DNA of 64,000 nucleotides, from NCBI GenBank assembly GCA_041389025.1, contig JAWKSP010000001.1, positions 64,002 through 128,001 of the forward strand. Direction: 5' to 3'. The notes beneath the pieces are model-generated. The model did not search any database and was not told the origin of the DNA. It saw only the letters and a program-made list of their open reading frames with translations. The position numbers and the translations under genes are program-made. How positions within the stretch are numbered: the first letter of the stretch is position 1; the number at the start of each line of letters is the position of its first letter. Source of the stretch: Minisyncoccota bacterium (GTDB lineage Bacteria > Patescibacteriota > Minisyncoccia > Phycocordibacterales > UBA918). Positions 50,118 through 59,498 of the stretch are shown piece by piece.

Positions 50118-52163
50118 TTATTCTTGTACTTTCCCGTTTTCTTTTTCAAAACCTAATTCAGTGGACAATTCACTACTAATCGCGTCATTACGATCTTGCA
50201 GATTAGTGCCGGTAAAACGATCCTTGGCTAATAGATTTTGTCTTTCTACTAATGTTAATGTTCTACCAATATGTGTCACACTTGGCAAGAGTGAGACTTG
50301 AAACTTAAGCTGTTTGTCGGATTTGGCTTTTATGTCACCAATTTCCCAACGTAGCTGCTTGGATACCGGGTTAAACTCCACCTTACCTGGACCATCATAC
50401 TTATCATTCCAACTAATATATTGTGGAAGTGAAGTAGTCAAAACCGCATCACTAGCATCATTCACTCCTGCTCTAGCGCTGAGAGTAATAGTGTAATCAG
50501 TGGTTTTACCAGCTTGCGGTGGTATTGGACCTTGGTCGGAAAATATTCCTCCGCCATGACTAGCTTGTCCTAATGTTTCTATTTCAGAAGAATATTTTAT
50601 CTCAGCAATCGCCGTACCGATAAGTTCTTCACTGGCTCCCGCCTCATTTACTCTTCTGGCAAATACTTTTACCGACACATCAAAAGAAGCCGTGCTTTGT
50701 CCCGAGTCAGGATTGACACCAAAACTAAAACGTCGACTTTCATTTGGTCTAACCTCTTCCAAAGCTGGAGTTGAGGCAATTTCCCAATTGATAGTTTTGT
50801 AAGTTGAATCATAAAAACCAGAACTGACAGACAAAGCATTGTCTCTTATTACATTACCTTTTGGTGCGGCTTCTACCCGCATATCGTAGACTGTTTCGTT
50901 TAATGTATTTGTTACATCAATAGACACGCTTGTTCCTTCACCTTGTTTTAAAATAATTGAATTACCAGATTCACCGTTTACACTAACCACTACATTGGTA
51001 AACGGTTCTTCAATCTCATAGTTTATTTTAGTCTGAGTTAAAATTGAACTGATAATAAATTGATTATCTGACCTTGGATTTCCAGCAATAAACTGTATTT
51101 CTGATTCTTCGTTGGTAAAACCAGTTATTAAACCTCTTATTTTAAGTTGATAACTTTTCTCTGGTAAAACTTCTTCCAACAACCAACCATTTTGACCAGA
51201 AGAAGGAGCTGGTTCTGAACTAATAAACGAAAAGGTATTTGGGTAGTTGGTAGTAACTAAAACATTACGCAGTGGAGTTTGTGAATTTGAAGATAAATCT
51301 ACTGTTATATCCACCTCCTGACCGGAAGAAACTTTATTAACTGAATCAACTCTAAGCACCAACGGTGAAGAATTTATCCTTACCAAGATTGGCTCAATTT
51401 CTTTAAAGAAAGTACCATTGGAATTTTTAACCCGATACTCGACCGAAGCCTTTATTTCTTTATCTTGATTTTCCTCACCAAATAAAATAGCTTTAACAGG
51501 AACATTTATTGCCTCACTTGGACCAATATCATCTAATGATATTCTTTCTTCATACAAGTCTCTTCCCGACTCATCCCCTGCTTTACTACCGGACGGATAG
51601 TTAATAATTAAAGTAACCGATTCTATTGGTACGCTATTTTGGTTGGTAATGCTAAATTGTAGAGGTAAAATATCACCAGCAGCAACAGCAAAGGGTGCGT
51701 CTAATGAAATATTTATATTACCACCAGAAATTTGATTGGCTCCAAGGTAAATGTAAGCACTGGAAACAATAGCAGCAATAACAAAAACCGTTATACTAAA
51801 AGTAAGAACAATACTTCTAAAGGACCAACCTTTTTTGGTTTTAGTTTCTTCTTTATTATTTCTTACCACCGAATCAATCACTAAATCATTTTTAGGTGTT
51901 GTGTTTTCTTCTCTATCTTCTATAGAAGAAAAGTTGGACTGGAAATTATTATTTTTCGTATTTGTGTCTAGATTTGAGTTTGTATCTGGATTTTCTTTTA
52001 TTGTTGTAGTAACCACGGGTTTTGCTACATCCCCCCAACCTCTTGCTACATCAATTTTTTGATCGGTTAAAGAGTGACGCTTTATATCAGAGACAGTTTG
52101 ACCTCTGTCGTAAAGACGTTTTCTTAAGTCATCAATATTATCTTGATCTCTTATATCAGACAT
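50118..52163 (-). CDS. Large single-pass membrane protein with ~540-aa extracytoplasmic domain, function unknown
   Basis: TM helix around residues 118-140; the remainder is Ser/Thr/Asn-rich and predicted beta-rich. Confidence 0.4.
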   Translation of the reverse strand: MSDIRDQDNIDDLRKRLYDRGQTVSDIKRHSLTDQKIDVARGWGDVAKPVVTTTIKENPDTNSNLDTNTKNNNFQSNFSSIEDREENTTPKNDLVIDSVVRNNKEETKTKKGWSFRSIVLTFSITVFVIAAIVSSAYIYLGANQISGGNINISLDAPFAVAAGDILPLQFSITNQNSVPIESVTLIINYPSGSKAGDESGRDLYEERISLDDIGPSEAINVPVKAILFGEENQDKEIKASVEYRVKNSNGTFFKEIEPILVRINSSPLVLRVDSVNKVSSGQEVDITVDLSSNSQTPLRNVLVTTNYPNTFSFISSEPAPSSGQNGWLLEEVLPEKSYQLKIRGLITGFTNEESEIQFIAGNPRSDNQFIISSILTQTKINYEIEEPFTNVVVSVNGESGNSIILKQGEGTSVSIDVTNTLNETVYDMRVEAAPKGNVIRDNALSVSSGFYDSTYKTINWEIASTPALEEVRPNESRRFSFGVNPDSGQSTASFDVSVKVFARRVNEAGASEELIGTAIAEIKYSSEIETLGQASHGGGIFSDQGPIPPQAGKTTDYTITLSARAGVNDASDAVLTTSLPQYISWNDKYDGPGKVEFNPVSKQLRWEIGDIKAKSDKQLKFQVSLLPSVTHIGRTLTLVERQNLLAKDRFTGTNLQDRNDAISSELSTELGFEKENGKVQE

Positions 52164-52206
52164 AAAATAATAAATAATATACTTATGATTATAACATCAC
52201 CGCAAA

Positions 52207-52785
52207 CTAGAGGTGACTATTCTCAACTGCTTTTTTAATTAAATATTCCAACTGAGCTAAAGATAATTTTTCTTTATACAAAGACAAATTGTTAAAATCA
52301 CTTTTATCTAAACTAATTGAAAAACTCTTGCTATCAACATAACCAAGCATAGCTAAAATTTTTAGTTCGATTATTAATTCTACATATTGTCGATCTTCAC
52401 ACTCCCGACTTATTTTTTCAATAGACTCAATAAAGAAATCAAATAACTGCGGAGAAGACTCTTCACCATGAATAAATCGTCGTAAAATTTTTACCAACCG
52501 TACCACACTAGCTCGCGCTAAGCGGTCACTAGCCAACATAAAATAATTTACTTCCGGCTCAACGCTACCAATCCGCCAACCCTGCTTGCCTTTTACCAAA
52601 GAAACTTTGATGAGAGAAAATTCCTGCAGAGCTGGTCTTTGCTTAGACCTTTCCTCCCGCACGCTACGCGCAGTCGCAAACAACATACCCGCTTCTCTGG
52701 TAAAAAGCTGAAATGATTTATCTGAAGTGTTGTGGTCATACGCCCCACACACCAAAGCCTTGGTAGTGTACGTCTGATGTGACAT
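52207..52785 (-). CDS. DNA repair protein RecO-like (short form)
   Basis: N-terminal OB-fold pattern TKALVCGAYDHNTSDKSFQLFTREAGMLFATARSVR...; abuts ileS. Confidence 0.45.
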   Translation of the reverse strand: MSHQTYTTKALVCGAYDHNTSDKSFQLFTREAGMLFATARSVREERSKQRPALQEFSLIKVSLVKGKQGWRIGSVEPEVNYFMLASDRLARASVVRLVKILRRFIHGEESSPQLFDFFIESIEKISRECEDRQYVELIIELKILAMLGYVDSKSFSISLDKSDFNNLSLYKEKLSLAQLEYLIKKAVENSHL

Positions 52786-55700
52786 TTAGATTTTGTTTAT
52801 CGCAATCTTTAGTTGATTTCCGCCAATTTCTAGTACTTTTCCGTCAGTAACAGCTTCAAACTTTATTTCGCTGGCACCAACAGTCTTTTTGATAGTTTCA
52901 GACATGGTCTTTATCATGTCTTCAGTCTCTGTTTTTGCTTGAACTATAAGTACAATATCGTCCTGTGGTTTAAGTCCAGCTTCTTTTCTCGTGTCTTGAA
53001 CAGCTCGGATAAGCGCGCGCGCTTCCCCTTCCATTTTCAGTTCTGGGGTAATTTCCCAATCAAAATCAAATTTTGATTCCTCTTCCTCAACCACTTTCTT
53101 TAGTGAAACCTTCTTCACATTAAGCTCATCCGCTAAGATTGATGACACTTCTGTCCAACCACTTGACTCTACTATTTCATCTTCAATCAAAAATTCTGCT
53201 AGAGGTTGGCGGACATTTACTTTATTTTGTGTTCTTAGTTTTAGACCGATATTGGCGTAATCTCTGACTTTAATCATATTAACCAAAAGTTCACTGTTTA
53301 CCTTACCTTCCTCTGGCCACTTAGCCAAGTGCACACTTTCCGCTTCAATTTCTTCCTTAGTCTTCTGATACAAATATTCAGCGTAGAAAGGCATGGCCGG
53401 TGCCATGACCTTTGCTAGTTCACGAAGAACATAGCGCAAGGTACCAAGCGCCAACTTCTTATCTTCCACATTCTCTCCTTTCAAGCGGTCGCGTGAGCGG
53501 CGTAGATACCACACCGACAAGTCATCAATAAAATCAGTGATTGGTCGCACAGCCTTATCGAGCTCATAGGCTTTGTAGCCGGCGGTTGATTCGGTGATAA
53601 GTTGATTGAGGCGCGCCACGATCCACTTATCTAAAACATTATCTGAATCGTGGCGCGCCTCACCACCATCCGCAAACATTTCATACATCGCCAGCACATT
53701 GTGAAGTCGTCCGATGTTCTTCCGTTGTATTTCAAGCACGTCTTTTTCAGAAAAACTCAAATCTTCACCATGCACCACCGGCGAAGACAAAAGATAGTAG
53801 CGCATCGAGTCTGCCCCCAAACGCCCCACCAGCTCCATCGGGTCAGGATAGTTCTGCAGCGACTTACTCATTTTCTTTCCGTCTTCCGCCAAGACCAATC
53901 CATTTACAATCACGTTCTCATACGGCGACTTACCAAAGAGCGCTACTCCTAAGACGAGCATGGAATAAAACCACCCACGAGTCTGGTCCAGACCCTCGGC
54001 AATAAACTGCGCTGGGTAATGTTTGGTTTCAAAATCATCCTTATTTTCAAACGGATAATGAAACTGACCATACGGCACCGATCCACTCTCAAACCAACAG
54101 TCAAAGACGTCTGGCACTCGCTTCAATTCCTCCCCATCTTCATACAGCATAAAATCGTCGATATATGGGCGGTGATAGTCAAGCTCATAATCGTCATTAT
54201 GTGGAAGTGGAATAAACTTCATTTCAGATACCCTTCCCTTGTTTGGATATTGTTTTTCCCAACTAGCCACCACCTCATCTTGACTGAGACCAGTAGCTAC
54301 CGCATTCAATAAAGCTAAAGGATCGCCGTGAGATACAATCAAAATATTTTTTCCTTTATAAGTAGATTCAAGTTCATACAAGAAATCACCCATTCGTTTT
54401 TTTATATCAGTCCATGTTTCACCATTCTTGGGTGCGTTTTCAAACCGAGACAAACCGCGTGGAAAATCTGAAAAAAACTCCTTTAAAGAACATCCTTCAT
54501 ACTCACCATGATTTGTTTCTTGAATACGATTATCAACAATAATATTATCCGTATTAATACCAATTTCCTTAGCCACCAATTCTGCGGTTTGTTTGGTTCG
54601 TAACACCGGTGAAGTAAATATAAGATCAATTTTTCCTTTAAGAGATTCACCAGCTTGTTTTGATTCCTCTTCTCCTTTCTTAGTCAGCGGATAAGCGTCT
54701 ACCTTATCTGTAACAACTTCCAGTACATTTTTTTCACTTTCTCCGTGACGCATCACAAAGTATTTGTTACCACTTTTCGGCACATACTCATGTATCTCAG
54801 CCATGCTACCGAACACCTTATACTCACCAGTCTTTTCATTTTTCCAGATCGGTAGCGGCGCCCCCCAATAACGCTGCCTAGACACCGCCCAGTCACGCGC
54901 TCCCTCCAGCCACTTACCAAAGCGATTTTGTCCGACATAGTCTGGCACCCAATTCACTTTATTGTTGGCGGCCACCAGCTCATCCTTCATATCAGTCACT
55001 TTCACAAACCACGACGTGGTCGCGTAATTCAACAGCGGTGTGCTGTCACGCCAACAATGCGGATAACTATGAGTAATATTTTCTTTCTTAAAAATCTTTC
55101 CGGCCGCTTGCAAGTGACGCAAAACTTCAATATCCGCATCCAAGTGCGACACGCGTGCCTCATCGTCATCCTTTGGTTTCACTAGTTGCCCAGCAAAGTC
55201 TGTCACAAAATCCATAAACCGCCCGCCATAATCGACATGATGCGCAATTGGGATATTATTTTCCTTGGCTACGTTCATATCGTCCTCACCATAAGCCGGC
55301 GCTAAGTGCACCACACCAGTACCCTCCTCACCAATTTCTACAAAATCCGCGTGGTAGATCTTCCAGGCGTTTTCACGATCCTCTAGTTCTTCAGTCTTAA
55401 AGTAGTCAAACGGTGGCTGGTATGACAGACCTAGCAAATCTGACCCTTTCATTTCTTCCACTATTTTGTATCCATCTACAACAGTTTCTAACTGCACAAG
55501 ACGTTCTTTTGCCAGAATAACAAATTCACTTTTCTGATTTTCTAAAGTACTACTACCGTCGTTATGAACTTCAACATCTCCCTTTGTAACTTTCACCTTC
55601 ACATAATCCAACTCCTGATTAACCGCTATCGCCATATTACCCGGCAGTGTCCACGGGGTCGTCGTCCAAATCAAAATACTGGTATCAGTCACTTCTCCTT

Positions 55701-56397
55701 GATCATCCAAAAGCGGCATCCTGACTGTCACCGCGATATCCTTCACGTCTTTATAACCTTGATTCACCTCAAAGTTAGACAGAGTTGTCCCACATCGCGG
55801 ACACAAATGCATGCTCTTAAACCCTTCGTATACCAAGCCCTTTTCATGAAGTTGCTTAAACACCCACCACACGCTCTCGGTGTAGTTTGAGTCCATGGTC
55901 TTGTAATCATTTTCCATGTCCACAAAACGACCGAGCCGCGGAATGATCTGTCGCCAATCATCCGCATACTCCAAGACCGCCTCCCGAGCGGCTTCATTAA
56001 AATTCTTAATACCGTAATCTTCGATATCTTTTTTGTTGGCTAGACCGAGCTTCTTCTCAATCAGGTTTTCGAGTGGCAAACCATGACAATCCCAACCCCA
56101 CTGCCGCCTTACGCGGTAGCCATTCATCGTCCAAAAACGCGGAATTGCGTCTTTGATCGTACCAGCCAAAATATGTCCATAGTGCGGCAAACCAGTCGCA
56201 AACGGCGGTCCATCATAAAAAATATAATCTCCTTTCGGATCTTCTCCTGCCGGCTTTTCGATGCTCTTATTAAAAATTTCGTTTTCTTCCCAGAAAGTCT
56301 GAATTTCCTCTTCCCGTAAGGCCACCTCAGACTTCTCTACTTCTTTTACCACCTCAACCGAGTCGTTCTCACGACCATGTACTTTTTTATCTTTCAT
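52786..56397 (-). CDS. ileS: Isoleucine--tRNA ligase (type 2, eukaryote-like) with an in-frame ~185-aa histidine-phosphatase (PGAM-like) domain inserted in the catalytic core
   Basis: PHYGH (HIGH), WTTTPWTLPGN (editing CP1), SRQRYWGAPLP, DVFDCWFESG and KMSKS are all present and collinear. The ORF-track start at 56403 is TTG; the ATG is at 56397. Confidence 0.9.
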   Translation of the reverse strand: MKDKKVHGRENDSVEVVKEVEKSEVALREEEIQTFWEENEIFNKSIEKPAGEDPKGDYIFYDGPPFATGLPHYGHILAGTIKDAIPRFWTMNGYRVRRQWGWDCHGLPLENLIEKKLGLANKKDIEDYGIKNFNEAAREAVLEYADDWRQIIPRLGRFVDMENDYKTMDSNYTESVWWVFKQLHEKGLVYEGFKSMHLCPRCGTTLSNFEVNQGYKDVKDIAVTVRMPLLDDQGEVTDTSILIWTTTPWTLPGNMAIAVNQELDYVKVKVTKGDVEVHNDGSSTLENQKSEFVILAKERLVQLETVVDGYKIVEEMKGSDLLGLSYQPPFDYFKTEELEDRENAWKIYHADFVEIGEEGTGVVHLAPAYGEDDMNVAKENNIPIAHHVDYGGRFMDFVTDFAGQLVKPKDDDEARVSHLDADIEVLRHLQAAGKIFKKENITHSYPHCWRDSTPLLNYATTSWFVKVTDMKDELVAANNKVNWVPDYVGQNRFGKWLEGARDWAVSRQRYWGAPLPIWKNEKTGEYKVFGSMAEIHEYVPKSGNKYFVMRHGESEKNVLEVVTDKVDAYPLTKKGEEESKQAGESLKGKIDLIFTSPVLRTKQTAELVAKEIGINTDNIIVDNRIQETNHGEYEGCSLKEFFSDFPRGLSRFENAPKNGETWTDIKKRMGDFLYELESTYKGKNILIVSHGDPLALLNAVATGLSQDEVVASWEKQYPNKGRVSEMKFIPLPHNDDYELDYHRPYIDDFMLYEDGEELKRVPDVFDCWFESGSVPYGQFHYPFENKDDFETKHYPAQFIAEGLDQTRGWFYSMLVLGVALFGKSPYENVIVNGLVLAEDGKKMSKSLQNYPDPMELVGRLGADSMRYYLLSSPVVHGEDLSFSEKDVLEIQRKNIGRLHNVLAMYEMFADGGEARHDSDNVLDKWIVARLNQLITESTAGYKAYELDKAVRPITDFIDDLSVWYLRRSRDRLKGENVEDKKLALGTLRYVLRELAKVMAPAMPFYAEYLYQKTKEEIEAESVHLAKWPEEGKVNSELLVNMIKVRDYANIGLKLRTQNKVNVRQPLAEFLIEDEIVESSGWTEVSSILADELNVKKVSLKKVVEEEESKFDFDWEITPELKMEGEARALIRAVQDTRKEAGLKPQDDIVLIVQAKTETEDMIKTMSETIKKTVGASEIKFEAVTDGKVLEIGGNQLKIAINKI
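54214..54768 (-). other. Histidine phosphatase / phosphoglycerate-mutase-like domain embedded in IleRS (residues ~546-730)
   Basis: YFVMRHGESEKN (RHG catalytic His), RTKQTAELV, ETNHGEYEG and IVSHGDPL (second His). Lies between the IleRS SRQRYWGAPLPIW and DVFDCWFESG motifs. Confidence 0.7.
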
Positions 56398-56440
56398 ATT
56401 CAAATTTAGTTTTTATGTATATCAGACATATTAATAAACA

Positions 56441-56495
56441 TGTGTATCAGACATGCTTTGACATACTAACATGAGTAGTGATTTTGGCTAGCCAA
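56441..56495. repeat. Repeat family R2, copy 1 (upstream of ileS)
   Basis: ~85% identical to 57311..57362 and 58641..58694 (GTGTATCAGACATGCTTT.ACATACTA.CATGAGT.GTGATTTTGGCTAG). On the minus strand it reads as a promoter-proximal segment plus a truncated start MLVCQSMSDTHVY*. Confidence 0.6.
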
Positions 56496-56507
56496 AGTTA
56501 ATTGAAC

Positions 56508-57341
56508 TTATTTATGTATCATTCTTAATAAAACAACAGCTGAAACGATCACCAAAGAAACGAGGTATATTAAAGTTGAAAAAATTAATAGAAATAACAA
56601 TAAACCCAAAAAAGGATTTAAATTTGTCATCGGGATAAAAACAGCAAAAGCATACAAAGCCAATAACATTAGTGAGACCGAAGCGAGGCTAAATAACGTA
56701 CAGCCGGAAATAATTTTAAAATTACGTTTTATTAATTTTGCACTCTCCATAAACGCCAACAGGACTGAAGTAAAACCCTTAACGATAAGTACAGTTGCAA
56801 AGAAATAGCTTAGTACCAAATAAGAATAAGCAACCATCAGAAAACCAATTAGATATGAATTTGAAACGATAGAAGATAAGACTAAGACAGAAAAAGCTAG
56901 CGATGCGGCGACAAATATTAATGTTGCCAAGTTATATTTATTCAATTTTAATAATTTTTCTTGATCAACAGAAATATCATTATTCTCATACAGAGCATAT
57001 ATAATTATCAAGACTAGGCTGTTTAGGAAAATATATAACGGCAAGATCAGGAAAGCAAAGAATAGAAAGAAATATTTTAAAGTATAACTAGTGCTAAAAG
57101 CAGACTCTGGATAATTTCCAAAAAAGGCATTGATATACAAAATGGATAAAAAAACAACACCGATGATCACTAGTGTTTGAAAAAATAATTTAACTTTGTT
57201 TCTATGCAGAAGCTTTATTCCCTCTTTTAGCAGATGACCATATCCTAAGAACTGAAGAGTGTTTTCATAACCTGTTAGATCATTTATTTTTTCCGTAGAA
57301 AATTTAGTTTGTGTATCAGACATGCTTTTACATACTATCAT
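56508..57341 (-). CDS. Polytopic membrane protein (8+ TM), function unknown
   Basis: Start MIVCKSMSDTQ... is the intact template of repeat R2; highly hydrophobic. Confidence 0.45.
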   Translation of the reverse strand: MIVCKSMSDTQTKFSTEKINDLTGYENTLQFLGYGHLLKEGIKLLHRNKVKLFFQTLVIIGVVFLSILYINAFFGNYPESAFSTSYTLKYFFLFFAFLILPLYIFLNSLVLIIIYALYENNDISVDQEKLLKLNKYNLATLIFVAASLAFSVLVLSSIVSNSYLIGFLMVAYSYLVLSYFFATVLIVKGFTSVLLAFMESAKLIKRNFKIISGCTLFSLASVSLMLLALYAFAVFIPMTNLNPFLGLLLFLLIFSTLIYLVSLVIVSAVVLLRMIHK

Positions 57342-57362
57342 GAGTGGTGATTTTGGCTAGAT
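57311..57362. repeat. Repeat family R2, copy 2 (native 5' end of gene 56508..57341)
   Basis: See copy 1. Confidence 0.6.
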
Positions 57363-57440
57363 ATTACTAGAATTTATTGACTTATATACATATTATGATA
57401 TAGTATGAGTCGTTTTGTTCTAACTAAAAAAGGAAACTAG

Positions 57441-57731
57441 ATGAAGATATTTGCTATTTTGTTTTTATTTTTAATTAGCATTCAAGTTACCCTTGCCGAA
57501 GATTTTACCAGTCTTACAACCGTAAGAATAACCGATCTGGAAACTGGTAAAATCGAAAAATTCATTACATTAAGGAATAACATTGACGGTGATATAGCTG
57601 TGTTACAAACACAATTTCCGATAGAAAGTGTTTGTAACAACATGAGTCCTTCAAGTGAAACTTGTCAGACTTTATATGCTAAGACCCTGACAGACATCCT
57701 AATGCGTATACGCGGAAATAAAAAACAGTAA
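57441..57731 (+). CDS. Small secreted protein
   Basis: Signal peptide MKIFAILFLFLISIQVTLA; 2 Cys. Confidence 0.4.
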   Translation: MKIFAILFLFLISIQVTLAEDFTSLTTVRITDLETGKIEKFITLRNNIDGDIAVLQTQFPIESVCNNMSPSSETCQTLYAKTLTDILMRIRGNKKQ

Positions 57732-57740
57732 CAATACAAC

Positions 57741-58034
57741 ATGCTGACCCCAAGCCAAAGGCTTGGGGTTAACTTTTATAAGAATTTTGTTATAGTGAAA
57801 TTTGTCCCATATTCAAAAAAAGGAACCGGAAAAATGAATAGACGAGTAACACTTTCCTTAGCTATTGCAAATACATTATTTAGGGACTCATCTAATGACA
57901 ATGTGTTTGTAATAAGCAGATCACCTATTGAACCGCTAGATATTTTACTAGCAACAAAGGAAGAAGTCAGAAAAAGTTACCTGAATCCCTTTTTAGAAAA
58001 GAAACAAAGATCAGAAAGAGGAAAGAAGAGATGA
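57741..58034 (+). CDS. Hypothetical small basic protein
   Basis: ORF only. Followed by the hairpin terminator cccaccaaaacatcggtggg + T-run at 58045..58073. Confidence 0.3.
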   Translation: MLTPSQRLGVNFYKNFVIVKFVPYSKKGTGKMNRRVTLSLAIANTLFRDSSNDNVFVISRSPIEPLDILLATKEEVRKSYLNPFLEKKQRSERGKKR

Positions 58035-58140
58035 AATACACCACACCCACCAAAACATCGGTGGGTTGTTTTTATTTGAAATTTGACTATTTTCTGTTAT
58101 GTTAATTAGGAATAAATAGAAAACTTAAGGGGGTAAGTTT

Positions 58141-58266
58141 ATGAGAAAAAGAGATGGTTCTTTTAGTTTTTTACCTGACAAACATCTTATAAAGAAAATA
58201 CCAGTGATAGATTTTAGATACTGGATAAGAAAAATCGTACCACCTAGAATGACTGGAAGTAAGTAA
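58141..58266 (+). CDS. Putative 41-aa small protein
   Basis: AAGGGGG SD 7 nt upstream of the ATG; MRKRDGSFSFLPDKHLIKKIPVIDFRYWIRKIVPPRMTGSK. Own terminator hairpin ccccgc..gcgggg at ~58274..58315. Confidence 0.3.
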   Translation: MRKRDGSFSFLPDKHLIKKIPVIDFRYWIRKIVPPRMTGSK

Positions 58267-58640
58267 TATAAAATACCCCGCTTGACCAATGATCAGGCGG
58301 GGTGGCTTTGTTTTTAAAAACCCCTTTACAAGTCAGCCTTTATACCATATCCTCGCAAGTAGAAAATATAGAAAAAGCCATAATGGTTAAAAAGAAACCT
58401 AGAGGAAATAAACGAGAACCTGAAAATAATACCAGTGAATCTTACACAACCTAAAACTTTATCGATTTAAAAACCGCTCACATACCAAGCGGTTTTGTTT
58501 TTATTTTAGGTAAATAATGTTTTTTCTAGGGATGAAAACCGGCAACACTACAAGAGTATTTCTGTTCATATAGTCTCTGTACTCTTTATAGACTAGGTCA
58601 AATCCGCGATAGCAACACAATATGCAAAATTCTATAAACA

Positions 58641-58694
58641 CTCATAAACGTGTGCATCAGACATGTTTTTACATACTATCATGAGTGATAATTT
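58641..58694. repeat. Repeat family R2, copy 3 (divergent from the ClpP-like gene promoter)
   Basis: See copy 1. The minus strand reads MIVCKNMSDAHVYECL*, a truncated pseudo-start. Confidence 0.6.
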
Positions 58695-58709
58695 TGGCTA
58701 GATAAAATA

Positions 58710-58738
58710 TTGACATAAAAATATTTCTATTATATAAA
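58710..58738 (+). promoter_or_regulatory. Sigma70-type promoter of the ClpP-like gene
   Basis: TTGACA, then a 17-nt spacer, then TATAAA; about 60 nt upstream of AAAGGAGAAAAA-ATG. Confidence 0.45.
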
Positions 58739-58800
58739 AAAGGAGAAGTGTACTTAAACAAAAACTTTCTAACACATTAAATCTATGTAAAGGAGAAAAA

Positions 58801-59379
58801 ATGGACATAGTAAATGATTGGTTTGATACAAAAAATATCTTAACCTTAACAGGAGCAATAACCTTAGAAAAAACTAGCAACATAGCCAGCAAAATGCTAG
58901 AGTTTCAAATTAAATCTGAATTAAAAGAAACTACAAAAGAACCATTAGCATTACTTATAAACAGTGGTGGTGGCGATATTATTTCAGCTTTAAAACTTTG
59001 TGACGTAATTAAATATGTTATTAAAAAACCTGTCAAAGGTATTGTAGTTGGCAGTTGTCATTCTGCAGCTACTTTGGTTTTGCTAAGCTGTGAAATCAAA
59101 GTATGTCTACCTCATTCAGATTTTTTACTTCATTCCAATAGCGTAGCAAGAGTTACCGCCAGTACCGAAGAAGAATTAGGTCAATTACGAGAAGATTTGA
59201 TTCTTACACGCAAAACCATGCTTTCGTATTACGAAAAAACCCTGAAGCTTGATGTTGTTGAAATTGAAAAGTTGATGAATAAAGGAGATCAAACCTTTAA
59301 TCGCTATATTTCACCCACAGAGGCGTTAAGTATAGGATTGGTTGATGTAATTCAACATGAAAACATCAATATATTTTGA
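58801..59379 (+). CDS. ClpP-family (S14) serine peptidase homolog, orphan (no adjacent clpX/clpA)
   Basis: LALLINSGGGDIISALKLCDVIKYV..VGSCHSAATLVLL..LLHS..GLVDVI aligns to ClpP INSPGG / catalytic Ser / His regions. Confidence 0.65.
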   Translation: MDIVNDWFDTKNILTLTGAITLEKTSNIASKMLEFQIKSELKETTKEPLALLINSGGGDIISALKLCDVIKYVIKKPVKGIVVGSCHSAATLVLLSCEIKVCLPHSDFLLHSNSVARVTASTEEELGQLREDLILTRKTMLSYYEKTLKLDVVEIEKLMNKGDQTFNRYISPTEALSIGLVDVIQHENINIF

Positions 59380-59498
59380 TCAAGGTTATAAAAATGTATC
59401 ACACCCCACCAAAACATCGGTGGGGTTGTTTTTTATTTTAAAAACCTTTCCTTTACAAATAATTCTTTACACCCAAAGCCTTCTGCAAACTGTAAAAA

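Noticed and set aside
54214-54768. Considered whether the IleRS insert is an intein
   Set aside because: It has no N-terminal Cys/Ser, no C-terminal His-Asn, and no Hint or homing-endonuclease blocks. The motifs are those of a PGAM-type phosphatase.
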